A stretch of DNA of 64,000 bases, taken from NCBI GenBank assembly GCA_900549715.1, contig URPK01000008.1, positions 23,174 to 87,173 on the forward strand, given 5' to 3'. The stretch comes from an uncultured Collinsella sp. Lineage in GTDB: Bacteria > Actinomycetota > Coriobacteriia > Coriobacteriales > Coriobacteriaceae. Positions 24,502-34,094 of the stretch are shown here, in pieces. The translations under genes were made by a program, and so were the position numbers. Positions within the stretch are counted from its first letter, which is position 1. Each line of letters opens with the position of its first letter. The notes below the pieces were generated by a model that worked only from the letters and a program-made list of their open reading frames with translations, did no database searches and was not told the origin of the DNA.

Positions 24502-25637
24502 CCGCGACTGCAGCAATTATCACTCTCCACAACTCGCCGAACTATGGCTCTTGCCTGCAGACCTATGCGACGCAGCGCGTCTTCGAGTCGCTGGGAGTCG
24601 CACCCACAGTGGTCGACTACTACCGACACGATGCGATCCCGGAGAACGAGACCGAGCGCGCACTTAACGGACAGCTTGCCAAGAAGCTTCCCATCTTGGG
24701 GTTGCCGGGTGTCAAGTCGCTCGCTCGCGTTCCCGTTTCACGCATGGTCGCGCGCCGTCGCGCCCCGCTCGACGCGTTCAGGCGCGAGATGCTGAACCTC
24801 ACGCCGCGCAAGTACTACTCGGCGGAGGAACTCGAGGCCGATCCTCCCAGGGCCGACGTCTACGTTACGGGCAGCGACCAAGTGTGGAACAGCACGTGGA
24901 ACTGTGGGTTCGAGCGAGCATTTTACCTCTCCTATGCTCCAGAGGGCGCCGAGAAGATCGCCTATGCCGCCAGCATCGGCAAGTCGACGCTCGACGATTG
25001 GGAGAAGCCCCTCATGCGCGAGGCGCTGCTGCGCTACGACGCCATCTCGGTCCGCGAGCCCGAGGCGGCGGAGCTTCTCGACTCCATCGGAGTGCCCGGT
25101 GCCGTCCCCGTCGTGGATCCCACGCTCATGCTCGGCCGTCCCGAGTGGGGGGCCCTCTCTGACGGCTGGGTGCCCGATTTCCCATACCTGCTCGTGTACC
25201 AGCTTAACCGCAACCCCGAGTTCGACGCGTACGTGCAGGACGTCGCTGCTGCGGCGGGGCTCAGGGTTCTGCGCCCCGCCTATGGGGTCCACGAGCGTCG
25301 TCGGGGTGAGGAGGCCGTCGTGTGCCCGAGCGTCGGGCGCTTTCTCTCGCTCTTCCTTAATGCCTCGATTGTGGTCACCGACTCCTTCCACGGCACGGCG
25401 TTCTCCGTCAACCTGGAGAAGCCCTTTGTGGCGATTGCCCCGGAGCGCTTCTCAGGGCGCATCGGAAACCTCCTTGCCATGACCGGGCTGGAGGGCCGGC
25501 TTCTTTCGGACTATCGCGACGTTGCCCTCGCGGCTGGGGATATAGACTTCGCGCAAGCTCGTATCGCCCTGGCGCGTGAGCGCGAACGGGCGCTATGCTT
25601 CTTGCGCGGTGCGCTTCCGACCGAGTTCGTGGAGTGA
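24498..25637 (+). CDS. Polysaccharide pyruvyl transferase family protein
   Basis: NYGSCLQ, GSDQVWN, YAASIG, ISVRE, DPTL, TDSFHG. Confidence 0.88.
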   Translation: MTATAAIITLHNSPNYGSCLQTYATQRVFESLGVAPTVVDYYRHDAIPENETERALNGQLAKKLPILGLPGVKSLARVPVSRMVARRRAPLDAFRREMLNLTPRKYYSAEELEADPPRADVYVTGSDQVWNSTWNCGFERAFYLSYAPEGAEKIAYAASIGKSTLDDWEKPLMREALLRYDAISVREPEAAELLDSIGVPGAVPVVDPTLMLGRPEWGALSDGWVPDFPYLLVYQLNRNPEFDAYVQDVAAAAGLRVLRPAYGVHERRRGEEAVVCPSVGRFLSLFLNASIVVTDSFHGTAFSVNLEKPFVAIAPERFSGRIGNLLAMTGLEGRLLSDYRDVALAAGDIDFAQARIALARERERALCFLRGALPTEFVE

Positions 25638-25640
25638 GGC

Positions 25641-26669
25641 ATGGCGCTGAGCAACGACGATCTCAACTTCATAATCTACTACCTCAACTATCCCAAGGCG
25701 ATAGAACTCTGCATGACCATGGATAACGTGGTCCGCAAGAGCAGTAGTGTCGAGACGACCGCCGAGGCTTCCGACACTCTAAAAACCGAGTTGAAGGGGG
25801 ACGCTTCTACAAACCTTGCCGCCCTGAAGGCGACCGTGGGGGCGAGTCTCGGGACGACCTTGAGCGACAGCGAGTCTTTTAAGGTGGCGGACACCTACGA
25901 GGTGAAGCACACTAAGTCGACGTACCTCAAGCTCATCCTCGAGCGGGCTAAAATGCTGCCCTCGTGCGCAAATATCCAGAACTGCGCCCCCGGCGACCTC
26001 GTCCGCGTGGATGGCGTCAGGCTCTGGCCCTGCAACTGGGAGGAGATTACCCAGATGCAGGTTCTGAGGCACGACGCGCTGAAGGGCATGAGGGTCGAGG
26101 GCGTAGACGTCAACAACATCGTCTCCTCAATGCTGGAGGACTACGCATATGTCCTCACGGCAATGGAGAAGCTCCCCGGAACAGACGATCCCGTATGGCT
26201 CGCAATCAAGATACCCTCGGAGAACGATAACGAGTTCGAGAGCAAGTACAGGATGCGCGATCTGCTCCTCGGCGAGGTCAGTCTCATCGGTGTCTATAAG
26301 GGTCTCGTCGACGTGGATGTGCTGACTAACACGACGTTCGGAGACCTGCAACGAAAGGGGTTGAGCCAGGGCGCTGAAGGGGAAGGCCGTGTCATCAAGA
26401 GTGCATTGCCCGCTCCGGAGTCGAAGCAGCCAGCCAAAGAGGCCTCGCGGGGATTCCTCGGCCCAGTCCACTACATCGATCTCATAGCGATTGTCCAAGA
26501 CGTCAAGGTGGCGGATTCCGTCGGCGAGGATTTGGCTGCGGATGAGCTGGCCGGCAGAGGCACGTCGGTGGCCGGAGGTTCCCCCGATGACGCGGGTGTC
26601 GTTCTTTCCGACTCCGGGGAAGCGAAGCCTTGCTTCTTCGCCCGACTGAAGGCGATGCTCTGTGGATAG
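25641..26669 (+). CDS. Hypothetical protein, DUF6414/DolA-like
   Basis: N-terminal IYYLN motif then S/T-rich segment, C-terminal IDLIAI; coupled to a ClpB-D2-like ATPase; family assignment from recall. Confidence 0.55.
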   Translation: MALSNDDLNFIIYYLNYPKAIELCMTMDNVVRKSSSVETTAEASDTLKTELKGDASTNLAALKATVGASLGTTLSDSESFKVADTYEVKHTKSTYLKLILERAKMLPSCANIQNCAPGDLVRVDGVRLWPCNWEEITQMQVLRHDALKGMRVEGVDVNNIVSSMLEDYAYVLTAMEKLPGTDDPVWLAIKIPSENDNEFESKYRMRDLLLGEVSLIGVYKGLVDVDVLTNTTFGDLQRKGLSQGAEGEGRVIKSALPAPESKQPAKEASRGFLGPVHYIDLIAIVQDVKVADSVGEDLAADELAGRGTSVAGGSPDDAGVVLSDSGEAKPCFFARLKAMLCG

Positions 26670-28236
26670 CCTTACGCTACATACTTATCGCTCGGGCAAG
26701 GAATGTCGCGAGGAGACCCTCCGTTTGGAGTCGAAGGGCTACTCATATGTCCCGTTTGACGTCACGGGAGGCACAAAGGCTGCTTTCTTTGAGGGGGGAC
26801 GCCTCTATTCCGACCTGTCTTACGTCGTGGCACTTCTACCGGCAAACCAGCACCTTATGCTCAACGTCGAGGAGACTCTCTCCTGTGCAGACGGTGAGGC
26901 TTTCCTGCTCATCCGTGACTCGCTCGCACAGTCGGCGATTGACACCTTTCCGCTGCTCTTCGAGGCGGCGTTGCCCTTGGTGGCCGAGGAGAGGGGGTGT
27001 CGTTTCGCGCCCAGGCGCTGTCCGCTCTACACGTTCTCTAACAGAGCTGAGTATGACCGCCTCGCGCGGCTCGCATCCGATGGCTCCGGTTATCAGGTCT
27101 TTACGCTCCAAGGACTTTCCCAGAGGACCTCGGAGTTCTCTGCGGCGCTCGAGAACTCCGAGATAGAGGTGTTCATCGACCTCACCTCCGAGGCGGCTCT
27201 CGCCGACGCGAGGCTTCTATCCATAGAGCCTCTCGCTTCGGCGCCAAACGTCCCTCATTTCCTCGTGAGCGAGGCCCGCTCCGCAAAGGTGTTTGAGAAC
27301 TTCCCGTCGCTTTTCGACGAGATCCGCGACGTGGCGGATTTGCTTCCCGAATGTCCCAAAGAGATGACGACGGGAATGGAAGGACCTCGTTCCGTTTGCG
27401 ACCTCAATGACGGAGAGTTCGTTAGGACTATGGCCGAGTTCGATGAGAGGCTCACGGGACACGCCAACTTTAAGTGCTACCTTCATGAGCGCCTCACTAA
27501 TTTTAGACTAGCGCATGCGCTGGGGGATCAGCGGATTTTCTCGATGTTCCTTTTCGGAGGCAGCGGCATCGGTAAGACCGAGACCGCACGCGTACTTAGC
27601 GAGTTGGTCTCGGATGGAGAGCGTTATCTTGCGAAGATTAACTTCGAGGCGTACAGCTCGCAGGATTCTCTCAACAGCCTCATCGGGAGCCCCTCCGGCT
27701 ATGTGGGCTGCGAGGGCGGAGAGCTCAACGACAAGGTCGAGAAGGCCAAGGCGAAGGTGCTCCTCTGCGATGAGTTCGAGAAAACCAAACAAGACGTGAG
27801 GGCTTTCTTCTTGGAGCTGCTTGAGGATGGGGCCTACACCGATCGAATGGGCGTGGAGCACGACATGGACGGCTATGTTGTCGTGTTCACATCGAACGTG
27901 AAAGACGAGAAGGAGCTGCAAGAGAGGATCGCGCCCGAACTACTAACGCGCTTTGACCTTATCTGCGAATTCGTGCCTCCGACCGTGGAGGAGAAGCGCG
28001 AGCACGTTGTCCGCCTCGCGCGGGAGAAAACTGCCCAGTATGCCGAGAGGCTGGGCGTAGATGTCGAGCCCATCGGCGAGAGCGTAACCATAGCAGATTT
28101 CCAACTGGAGAAATGGTCCCTTAGGGAGATAGACCGTGAGGTCGTGCGCCAGGTAGTCTCCCTTCTCCCGGTAGAAGACCCGTCCGAATCGTCACCCTAC
28201 GATAAAACAGCACCCGACACAGATTGGAGTGAGTGA
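26662..28236 (+). CDS. AAA+ ATPase with ClpB NBD2-like domain (DolB-like)
   Basis: Walker A GGSGIGKT, LIGSPSGYVG pore loop, Walker B LLCDEFEK, sensor FTSN. Confidence 0.8.
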   Translation: MDSLTLHTYRSGKECREETLRLESKGYSYVPFDVTGGTKAAFFEGGRLYSDLSYVVALLPANQHLMLNVEETLSCADGEAFLLIRDSLAQSAIDTFPLLFEAALPLVAEERGCRFAPRRCPLYTFSNRAEYDRLARLASDGSGYQVFTLQGLSQRTSEFSAALENSEIEVFIDLTSEAALADARLLSIEPLASAPNVPHFLVSEARSAKVFENFPSLFDEIRDVADLLPECPKEMTTGMEGPRSVCDLNDGEFVRTMAEFDERLTGHANFKCYLHERLTNFRLAHALGDQRIFSMFLFGGSGIGKTETARVLSELVSDGERYLAKINFEAYSSQDSLNSLIGSPSGYVGCEGGELNDKVEKAKAKVLLCDEFEKTKQDVRAFFLELLEDGAYTDRMGVEHDMDGYVVVFTSNVKDEKELQERIAPELLTRFDLICEFVPPTVEEKREHVVRLAREKTAQYAERLGVDVEPIGESVTIADFQLEKWSLREIDREVVRQVVSLLPVEDPSESSPYDKTAPDTDWSE

Positions 28237-30013
28237 CGTGTACACCGAACTCAAGTCATACCAAATAATCATCGCCCTGCTCAAGGAGTACGGCATCCGG
28301 AAGTGCGTGCTCTCGGCAGGGTCGCGCAACCTCCCCTTCGTCCATTCCGTTGAGGAGGACCCCTGGTTCGAGTGCTACTCGGTCGTTGACGAGCGCAGCG
28401 CGGGCTATTTCGCCCTCGGCCTCGCTCAGCAGGCGGGCGAGCCGGTCGTCATCTCCTGCACCTCGTCCACCGCGACCTGCAACTACTGGCCTCCGGTGGC
28501 AGAGGCCTTCTACCAGAACGTCCCGCTCGTCGTGCTCACGAGCGACCGCGACCCGGCGAAGCTTGGCCAGCTCGAGGATCAGATGATCGACCAGGTTGGT
28601 ATGTACGACCGACACGTCCGGAAGTCGGTGAATCTGCCTATCGTCCGCGACGACGGTGACTTCCGCCACTGCTGGCGGCTCGTCAACGAGGCCCTGCTCG
28701 AGCTCGACCACCACGGGGGCGGCCCGGTCCAGGTCAACGTTCCATCGCGCTGGTACAGCACATCCTTTACAACCTCCGAGCTCCCTAAGGTCAGGAGGAT
28801 CGCTCGCGTCGAGCACGAGTCCCCCGATGCGGAATGGCTTGCCCGCGCAGCGAGGCTCCGGTCTTGCTCGCGCGTCCTCGTGGCCTGCGGACAGGGTCAG
28901 CCCACAGACGGTCTCAAGGAGGCCCTGGGGGAGTTCTTCAGGCGGTTCAACAGCGCCATAGCGGTCGAGTACATGTCCAACGCGCTAGTCGAGGGTGCCG
29001 TAAACACATCCGTCTGCTTCGACAGCCGTTATGTCACGCCGAAGAAGTTCGCTGAGTTCGCCCCCGAGATCGTCATCAGCTATGGCGGGAACATCATGCA
29101 GGGGCTCAAGGAGATGCTGCGCGGCTCGAAGTCAGGCGTCGAGCATTGGCTCATCGACGAGGGTGGCGTCGTCTGCGACGCTTTCGGATGTATAACCACG
29201 GTATTCGAGTGCTCGCCGGAGTTCTTCTTCCGCCGCATGAGCGATTTGGCGGGCGAGAAGGCGTCAAACGATCTGGCCTACCACGACGCCATTGCGGCGT
29301 ACGCGGCCTCCGTCGTGCACCCCGACTTCGGGTGGGGCAACATCTATGCGATAAAAAACGTCGTCGAGCGAGTCCCATCGGGTTCCGTGCTTCACCTCAG
29401 CATCAACGACTCCATCCGCATAACGAACTTCTTCGAGCTGCAGCCCGACATCCGCGTCTTTGCAAACATCGGCACGCACGGCATTGACGGCTGCATGTCG
29501 TCGCTCATGGGGCAGTCCCAGGCGACCGAGGGCCTCGCCTTCCTCGTCACCGGCGACCTCGCGTTCTTCTACGACATGAACTCCCTGCGCATCAGGCATG
29601 TCGGCCCGAACGTGCGCATCCTGCTCTGCAACAACCACGGTGGCGAGGAGTTCTACTACAACGGCATCTGGCAGAACGCGTCGAGCGACCTGCACACCGC
29701 TGCCAGGCACAACGCCGTCGCCGGCCCCTGGGCCGGGTCGTGCGGGTTCAAATACCTCAGAGCGGACGACAAGGCATCGTTCGAGGCTGCCCTTCCGGAG
29801 TTCATGGCGGAAGAGTCTGACAGGCCCGTGCTCCTCGAGTGCTTCTCCGAGATGAGCGAGGACTCTAAGGACATCTACGACTTCTACGACCTCTCTCGAC
29901 CGCACGATGCTGTCTCCGACGCTACCCGCGCGGCCAAGGACATCGTGAAAAAAACAATTGGCAAAGAGACGGCAGTGAAGATCGCCGGCAAGTTCGGCGT
30001 CAAGCTGGGATAG
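28229..30013 (+). CDS. MenD-like thiamine diphosphate-dependent enzyme
   Basis: SAGSRN, DERSAGYFALG, CTSSTA, TSDR, GIDG, GDLAFFYD...NNHGG. Confidence 0.88.
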   Translation: MSDVYTELKSYQIIIALLKEYGIRKCVLSAGSRNLPFVHSVEEDPWFECYSVVDERSAGYFALGLAQQAGEPVVISCTSSTATCNYWPPVAEAFYQNVPLVVLTSDRDPAKLGQLEDQMIDQVGMYDRHVRKSVNLPIVRDDGDFRHCWRLVNEALLELDHHGGGPVQVNVPSRWYSTSFTTSELPKVRRIARVEHESPDAEWLARAARLRSCSRVLVACGQGQPTDGLKEALGEFFRRFNSAIAVEYMSNALVEGAVNTSVCFDSRYVTPKKFAEFAPEIVISYGGNIMQGLKEMLRGSKSGVEHWLIDEGGVVCDAFGCITTVFECSPEFFFRRMSDLAGEKASNDLAYHDAIAAYAASVVHPDFGWGNIYAIKNVVERVPSGSVLHLSINDSIRITNFFELQPDIRVFANIGTHGIDGCMSSLMGQSQATEGLAFLVTGDLAFFYDMNSLRIRHVGPNVRILLCNNHGGEEFYYNGIWQNASSDLHTAARHNAVAGPWAGSCGFKYLRADDKASFEAALPEFMAEESDRPVLLECFSEMSEDSKDIYDFYDLSRPHDAVSDATRAAKDIVKKTIGKETAVKIAGKFGVKLG

Positions 30014-30021
30014 GGGGCAAC

Positions 30022-30879
30022 GTGGGACTCAAGGCAAAGGCCAAGCGCGCCGGGCGCTTCGTCCTCTCCAACCTCGGGCGCCCCGTGCGCGTTGAGCAGA
30101 CGCTGCGAGGTGGGAGCGAGCTCCTCGCGGGGAGGTGCGTGCTCGTCACGGGCGGCACGTCGGGCATAGGGCTCGCGACCGCCGAAGCGTGCCTGCGCGC
30201 CGGGGCAGACGTCGTGGTTACCTCGCGTAGCCTCTCTCGCGCCGAGGAGGCCTGCGCCCGACTTGGCTCGCATGCCCGCCCGGCATTGCTCGACCTCGCG
30301 GATGCCGAGGGGATGGCCGTGCAGGTTGACGCGGCCTACGCGGCTGCGCCCAGGCCCGTCGACGCCCTCGTGAACAACGCTGGCGTGCTCAAGGGCGCGC
30401 CCTTTGGCAGGACATCCGTTGAGGACTTCGACGAGGTGGTCGGCGCAAACCTCCGTGGCACCTACTTCCTCACGCAAGAGGTCGCCCGGCGCATGGTTGC
30501 GGGCGGAGTCCGAGGCAACATCTGCTTCGTCACCTCCTCTTCCGCCTACCGCCCTGCCACGAACGCCTACTCGTGCACAAAGTGGGCGCTGCGCGGTCTC
30601 GTGGAGGGCTCGGCCAAGATGCTCAGCCCCAACGGCATCGTGGTGAACGCCATCGCCCCTGGCCCCACTGCCACTGGGATGCTCATCGAGGGCGATGCGG
30701 GCAACGTCATGAAGCCGAACAGCCCCATCGGGCGCTACGTCACCCCTGAGGAGATCGCGAGTATGGTCGTGACGCTGCTCTCCGACGCCTCGCGCTCGAC
30801 CGTGGGCGACACGGTGCGCATGTGCGGCGGCAGCGGCGTGGTGACCTTTGACGATGCTGACGCGACATTCGAACTTTAA
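30022..30879 (+). CDS. Short-chain dehydrogenase/reductase
   Basis: TGGTSGIG, NNAG, YSCTK (YxxxK), IAPG. Confidence 0.92.
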   Translation: MGLKAKAKRAGRFVLSNLGRPVRVEQTLRGGSELLAGRCVLVTGGTSGIGLATAEACLRAGADVVVTSRSLSRAEEACARLGSHARPALLDLADAEGMAVQVDAAYAAAPRPVDALVNNAGVLKGAPFGRTSVEDFDEVVGANLRGTYFLTQEVARRMVAGGVRGNICFVTSSSAYRPATNAYSCTKWALRGLVEGSAKMLSPNGIVVNAIAPGPTATGMLIEGDAGNVMKPNSPIGRYVTPEEIASMVVTLLSDASRSTVGDTVRMCGGSGVVTFDDADATFEL

Positions 30880-30889
30880 GGAAGTAGAT

Positions 30890-32041
30890 TTGAAACAAGG
30901 AAAGCAAATACGGGTGCTCCAGGTGCTGCCGTCCCTAAATAGGTCGGCAGGGGTGTCGCGTTTCGTCTACAACATGACGGTCGCAAGCGACGAGTCGCGC
31001 GTCCACTACGACATCCTCCACCACGCTCAGGACGATGGCGTGCCGCACCACGAGAAGCGCTTCGACGAGGAGCTCGAGGCACTCGGGCATCGCATCTACC
31101 GCGTGGACTATGCCGGCCATGATTTCAGACGGTTCATCCGCGAGGTCCATGCTGTCATATCAGAGTACGGCGCGAGCTACGACGTCGTGCACTGCCATAT
31201 GCCCAACTCGGCGTTCTGCGTCTTGCGCGAGGCAAAACGTGTGGGGATTGAGCATCGCGTGCTGCACAGCCATCTCAACAGCAGTTCCGACAATGCACTA
31301 CATCGTCTGCGTAATGTGCCCCTCAACGCTGTCGGGAAGCGCTATGCCACCGATAACATGGCCTGCTCGGAGGAGGCGGGCCGTTTTCTCTTCGGCAGAG
31401 CCCCGTTCACGCTCATGAGGAACGGCATCCCGCTCGCGGACTACGCCTACGACTCGAGTGCGGCGGCCGAGCTGCGCGGCGAGCTTGGCATCGTTGCGGG
31501 CGAGCCAGTCGTGGGGTGCGTCGGGCGCATGGTGCCGCAGAAGAACTACGCGTTCGCCGTCGAGGCGTTCGCGGCGCTGCTGCACGAGGTTCCCGAGGCG
31601 CACCTCGTGGTCCTCGGGGGAGAGATAAACGGCGCGACCACTGTGCGCGACTCGCTGGTCGAGCGGGCGAGCGAGCTGGACTTCGCCGACCGGGTGCACT
31701 TGCCTGGTATCCGCGAGGATGCGCAGCGGTTCTACTCGCTCTTCGACGTGTTCTTCATGCCGTCGCTCTACGAGGGCCTTCCCGTTTCGGCCGTGGAGGC
31801 ACAGGCGGCGGGGCTGCCGTGCGTGTACTCGACCGGCGTGCCGGCCGAGACCGACATCGCCGGGACCGGTTCGTTCACGGCTCTCGACGCGCCGCTGGCC
31901 GACTGGGCGAGGGCACTCAAGGCGGCGATCGAGGGCGGCAGGCACCCGGAGGCCCCTATCAGACTTGAGGCTGCGGGGTACTCTGCCGAGGCAAACGCCG
32001 CGCGGCTTATGGAGTACTACGAAAGGCTGTTGAGCCGATGA
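30890..32041 (+). CDS. Glycosyltransferase family 4
   Basis: VGRMVPQKN, PSLYEGLPVSAVEAQAAGLP; TTG start after AAGGAAG. Confidence 0.92.
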   Translation: MKQGKQIRVLQVLPSLNRSAGVSRFVYNMTVASDESRVHYDILHHAQDDGVPHHEKRFDEELEALGHRIYRVDYAGHDFRRFIREVHAVISEYGASYDVVHCHMPNSAFCVLREAKRVGIEHRVLHSHLNSSSDNALHRLRNVPLNAVGKRYATDNMACSEEAGRFLFGRAPFTLMRNGIPLADYAYDSSAAAELRGELGIVAGEPVVGCVGRMVPQKNYAFAVEAFAALLHEVPEAHLVVLGGEINGATTVRDSLVERASELDFADRVHLPGIREDAQRFYSLFDVFFMPSLYEGLPVSAVEAQAAGLPCVYSTGVPAETDIAGTGSFTALDAPLADWARALKAAIEGGRHPEAPIRLEAAGYSAEANAARLMEYYERLLSR

Positions 32042-32697
32042 GCTACGTAAGCAGGATCTCAAGAAAAATCGGTGATAAGACGAATCCATTGCTCGCCAAG
32101 GGCAGAAGGGAGAAGCTCGTCCGCACTGACTTCAGCATCTTCTCGAACAACTGCTGGGCCGGGTCGGTGTATCGGCGTTACGGGCTTCCCTATAGCAGTC
32201 CAACCGCCGGCCTCTACTTCTTCGCGAGCGACTACGTGAAGTTCGCCTCAAGGCTCAGATACTACACTTCCGTGCCGCTTGAGTTCATCGACGCCCGGGA
32301 ATCACAATATGCCGACCAGCTGCGCGAGAAGGGCGAGCTCGGCAAGCCCGTCGCCCGACTCGATGACATTGAGGTCGTGTTCCTGCACTATCCCTCCCCG
32401 GAGGAAGCCGCAGAGAAGTGGGCCCGCCGCTGCAAACGAATCAACTGGGATAACGTCTTCATCAAATTCAGCCAGATGAACTGCTGCACAGAAGGGGACC
32501 TCAGGGCCTTCGATGCCATTCCCTTCAGAAACAAGCTCTGCTTCACCGCTTCGCTAAGGCCCGAGCTCGCGTGTGCCGTGCACTTTCCCGGCTATAACGA
32601 GCGGGGAGGGGTCCTCAATGATACGGACTATTACTCTCGGTACATTGACTTGGAGGAATGGCTTAATGGCGAACCCGAAAGGTATCTTATTGGCTAG
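32038..32697 (+). CDS. DUF1919-like exopolysaccharide biosynthesis protein
   Basis: FSIFSNNCWAG, SPTAGLYF, FLHY, KWARR..RINWDN. Confidence 0.82.
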   Translation: MSYVSRISRKIGDKTNPLLAKGRREKLVRTDFSIFSNNCWAGSVYRRYGLPYSSPTAGLYFFASDYVKFASRLRYYTSVPLEFIDARESQYADQLREKGELGKPVARLDDIEVVFLHYPSPEEAAEKWARRCKRINWDNVFIKFSQMNCCTEGDLRAFDAIPFRNKLCFTASLRPELACAVHFPGYNERGGVLNDTDYYSRYIDLEEWLNGEPERYLIG

Positions 32698-32748
32698 CTT
32701 TAACTTGTTAATCTTGGTATTTAAATCGCGAGGAAACGGCGGTGACTT

Positions 32749-34008
32749 ATGAGCGCCGTAGTTTCTGCTGCGCATTTGCTTAATCCAACGGGCTCTGTTT
32801 CAAAGCGAGGATATTCGCCTGCAGTGTGGGCGGTTGCCCTGCTTCCCTATTTCATTTTGGTTTGTGGGGATAATTCCTTTACATTCCAATCTGCTTATTT
32901 CTGTTTGGGTCTAATGGTGTTCGCTGCCTTTTTCTCGAAAGAGAGGGCTGCGTATTCTCGTCATGCGATCGGTCTTATTGTTTCGTACCTTATAATCATG
33001 GGCATAGGCAACTTAGTGACACTTGCAATTGCATCTGAGATGATTACCAGCAGATCGTTAATCCGTGCCTTAATGTTCCTCGCCATTATCTGGTTCTTTG
33101 CTCACGCAATCTCCCGGAGGTGGAGTCCTCGAGAGATAACCTTCCTGCTGAAATCAGTGGCACTTTCCACGTTTGCGTCTGCATTCCTTGAACTAAAGAC
33201 ATGGGTTGAAAACGGTTTTTATGCAGGACGTGTGTATCCAGTGAGTCTTACGGGGCACATGATCGATGCAAACTTTTTTGCGCTTTTGTTGGTCGTTCAG
33301 ATTAGCTGTGCCTTTTTACTGGTAGTTTATAGTAGCAATGTGCGGGTGAAGATTCTGTACTTCATTCTCATATCTTTCGGCCTGGCATCAGTTATGTTAA
33401 CTGGATCAAGAAGCGGGCTTCTTTGTATTGTCTTGGTTATTGCTTTCGGCTACATTGCGTTTGTCTGTAGTGAGAGAACCGGCAAGCTTTCTACTACGGT
33501 ATTAGTTTTTGTGCTCGTTGCCGTTGCCCTGTTTCTAATTAATCGCTTTATGGGCGATTGGATGTTTAATCGTTTTTTTAAGAACAGCTACAATGATGGG
33601 TCAAACCAATTTCGCGTTGAACTGTGGGTGAAAGCTGTACAACGTTGGATGAGTAGGCCGCTATTTGGCTTTGGTGTGGGTAATTATAATTATTTCAGTG
33701 CGGAGGACTGGGGCGTCGTGGAGACGTCAACTACAACTCATGGCACGATTACTGATTTTTTAGTTGATTTCGGTTTGATTGGCCTGCTGCTGTTCTTTTC
33801 AGTGCTTATCCGCATTTTCAGAGGTTTGCTTCAAGGGAAGGGCTATACACCCTTGGCCCTATGTCCGGGTATCGTTGTATGTTGGCTCATCGTTGGTGCC
33901 GAACGAACAGTGGCGCTGTGGCTATTCCTCATTATTTTTTACGTATTGGCAGATTATCTTTCATGCAATCAAGAACATAGCATGAAAGGTTTGCTCTCGG
34001 AACGTTGA
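32749..34008 (+). CDS. wzy: Wzy polymerase / O-antigen ligase family membrane protein
   Basis: Many TM segments, LTGSRSG, R..LW, PLFGFG.G, H..I.DFLVDFGLIG; lower GC. Confidence 0.82.
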   Translation: MSAVVSAAHLLNPTGSVSKRGYSPAVWAVALLPYFILVCGDNSFTFQSAYFCLGLMVFAAFFSKERAAYSRHAIGLIVSYLIIMGIGNLVTLAIASEMITSRSLIRALMFLAIIWFFAHAISRRWSPREITFLLKSVALSTFASAFLELKTWVENGFYAGRVYPVSLTGHMIDANFFALLLVVQISCAFLLVVYSSNVRVKILYFILISFGLASVMLTGSRSGLLCIVLVIAFGYIAFVCSERTGKLSTTVLVFVLVAVALFLINRFMGDWMFNRFFKNSYNDGSNQFRVELWVKAVQRWMSRPLFGFGVGNYNYFSAEDWGVVETSTTTHGTITDFLVDFGLIGLLLFFSVLIRIFRGLLQGKGYTPLALCPGIVVCWLIVGAERTVALWLFLIIFYVLADYLSCNQEHSMKGLLSER

Positions 34009-34094
34009 GACATCAGCCTTCGCCTGCCCGAGCGAAGTGGTTTTGTCTAGCTTAAACACTTTCGGTTTAATCAACTTATTATAGGGGTGCATAT

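Noticed and set aside
28229..30013. Canonical menD of menaquinone synthesis
   Set aside because: No other men genes nearby, polysaccharide context and an altered NRG motif; gene symbol withheld.
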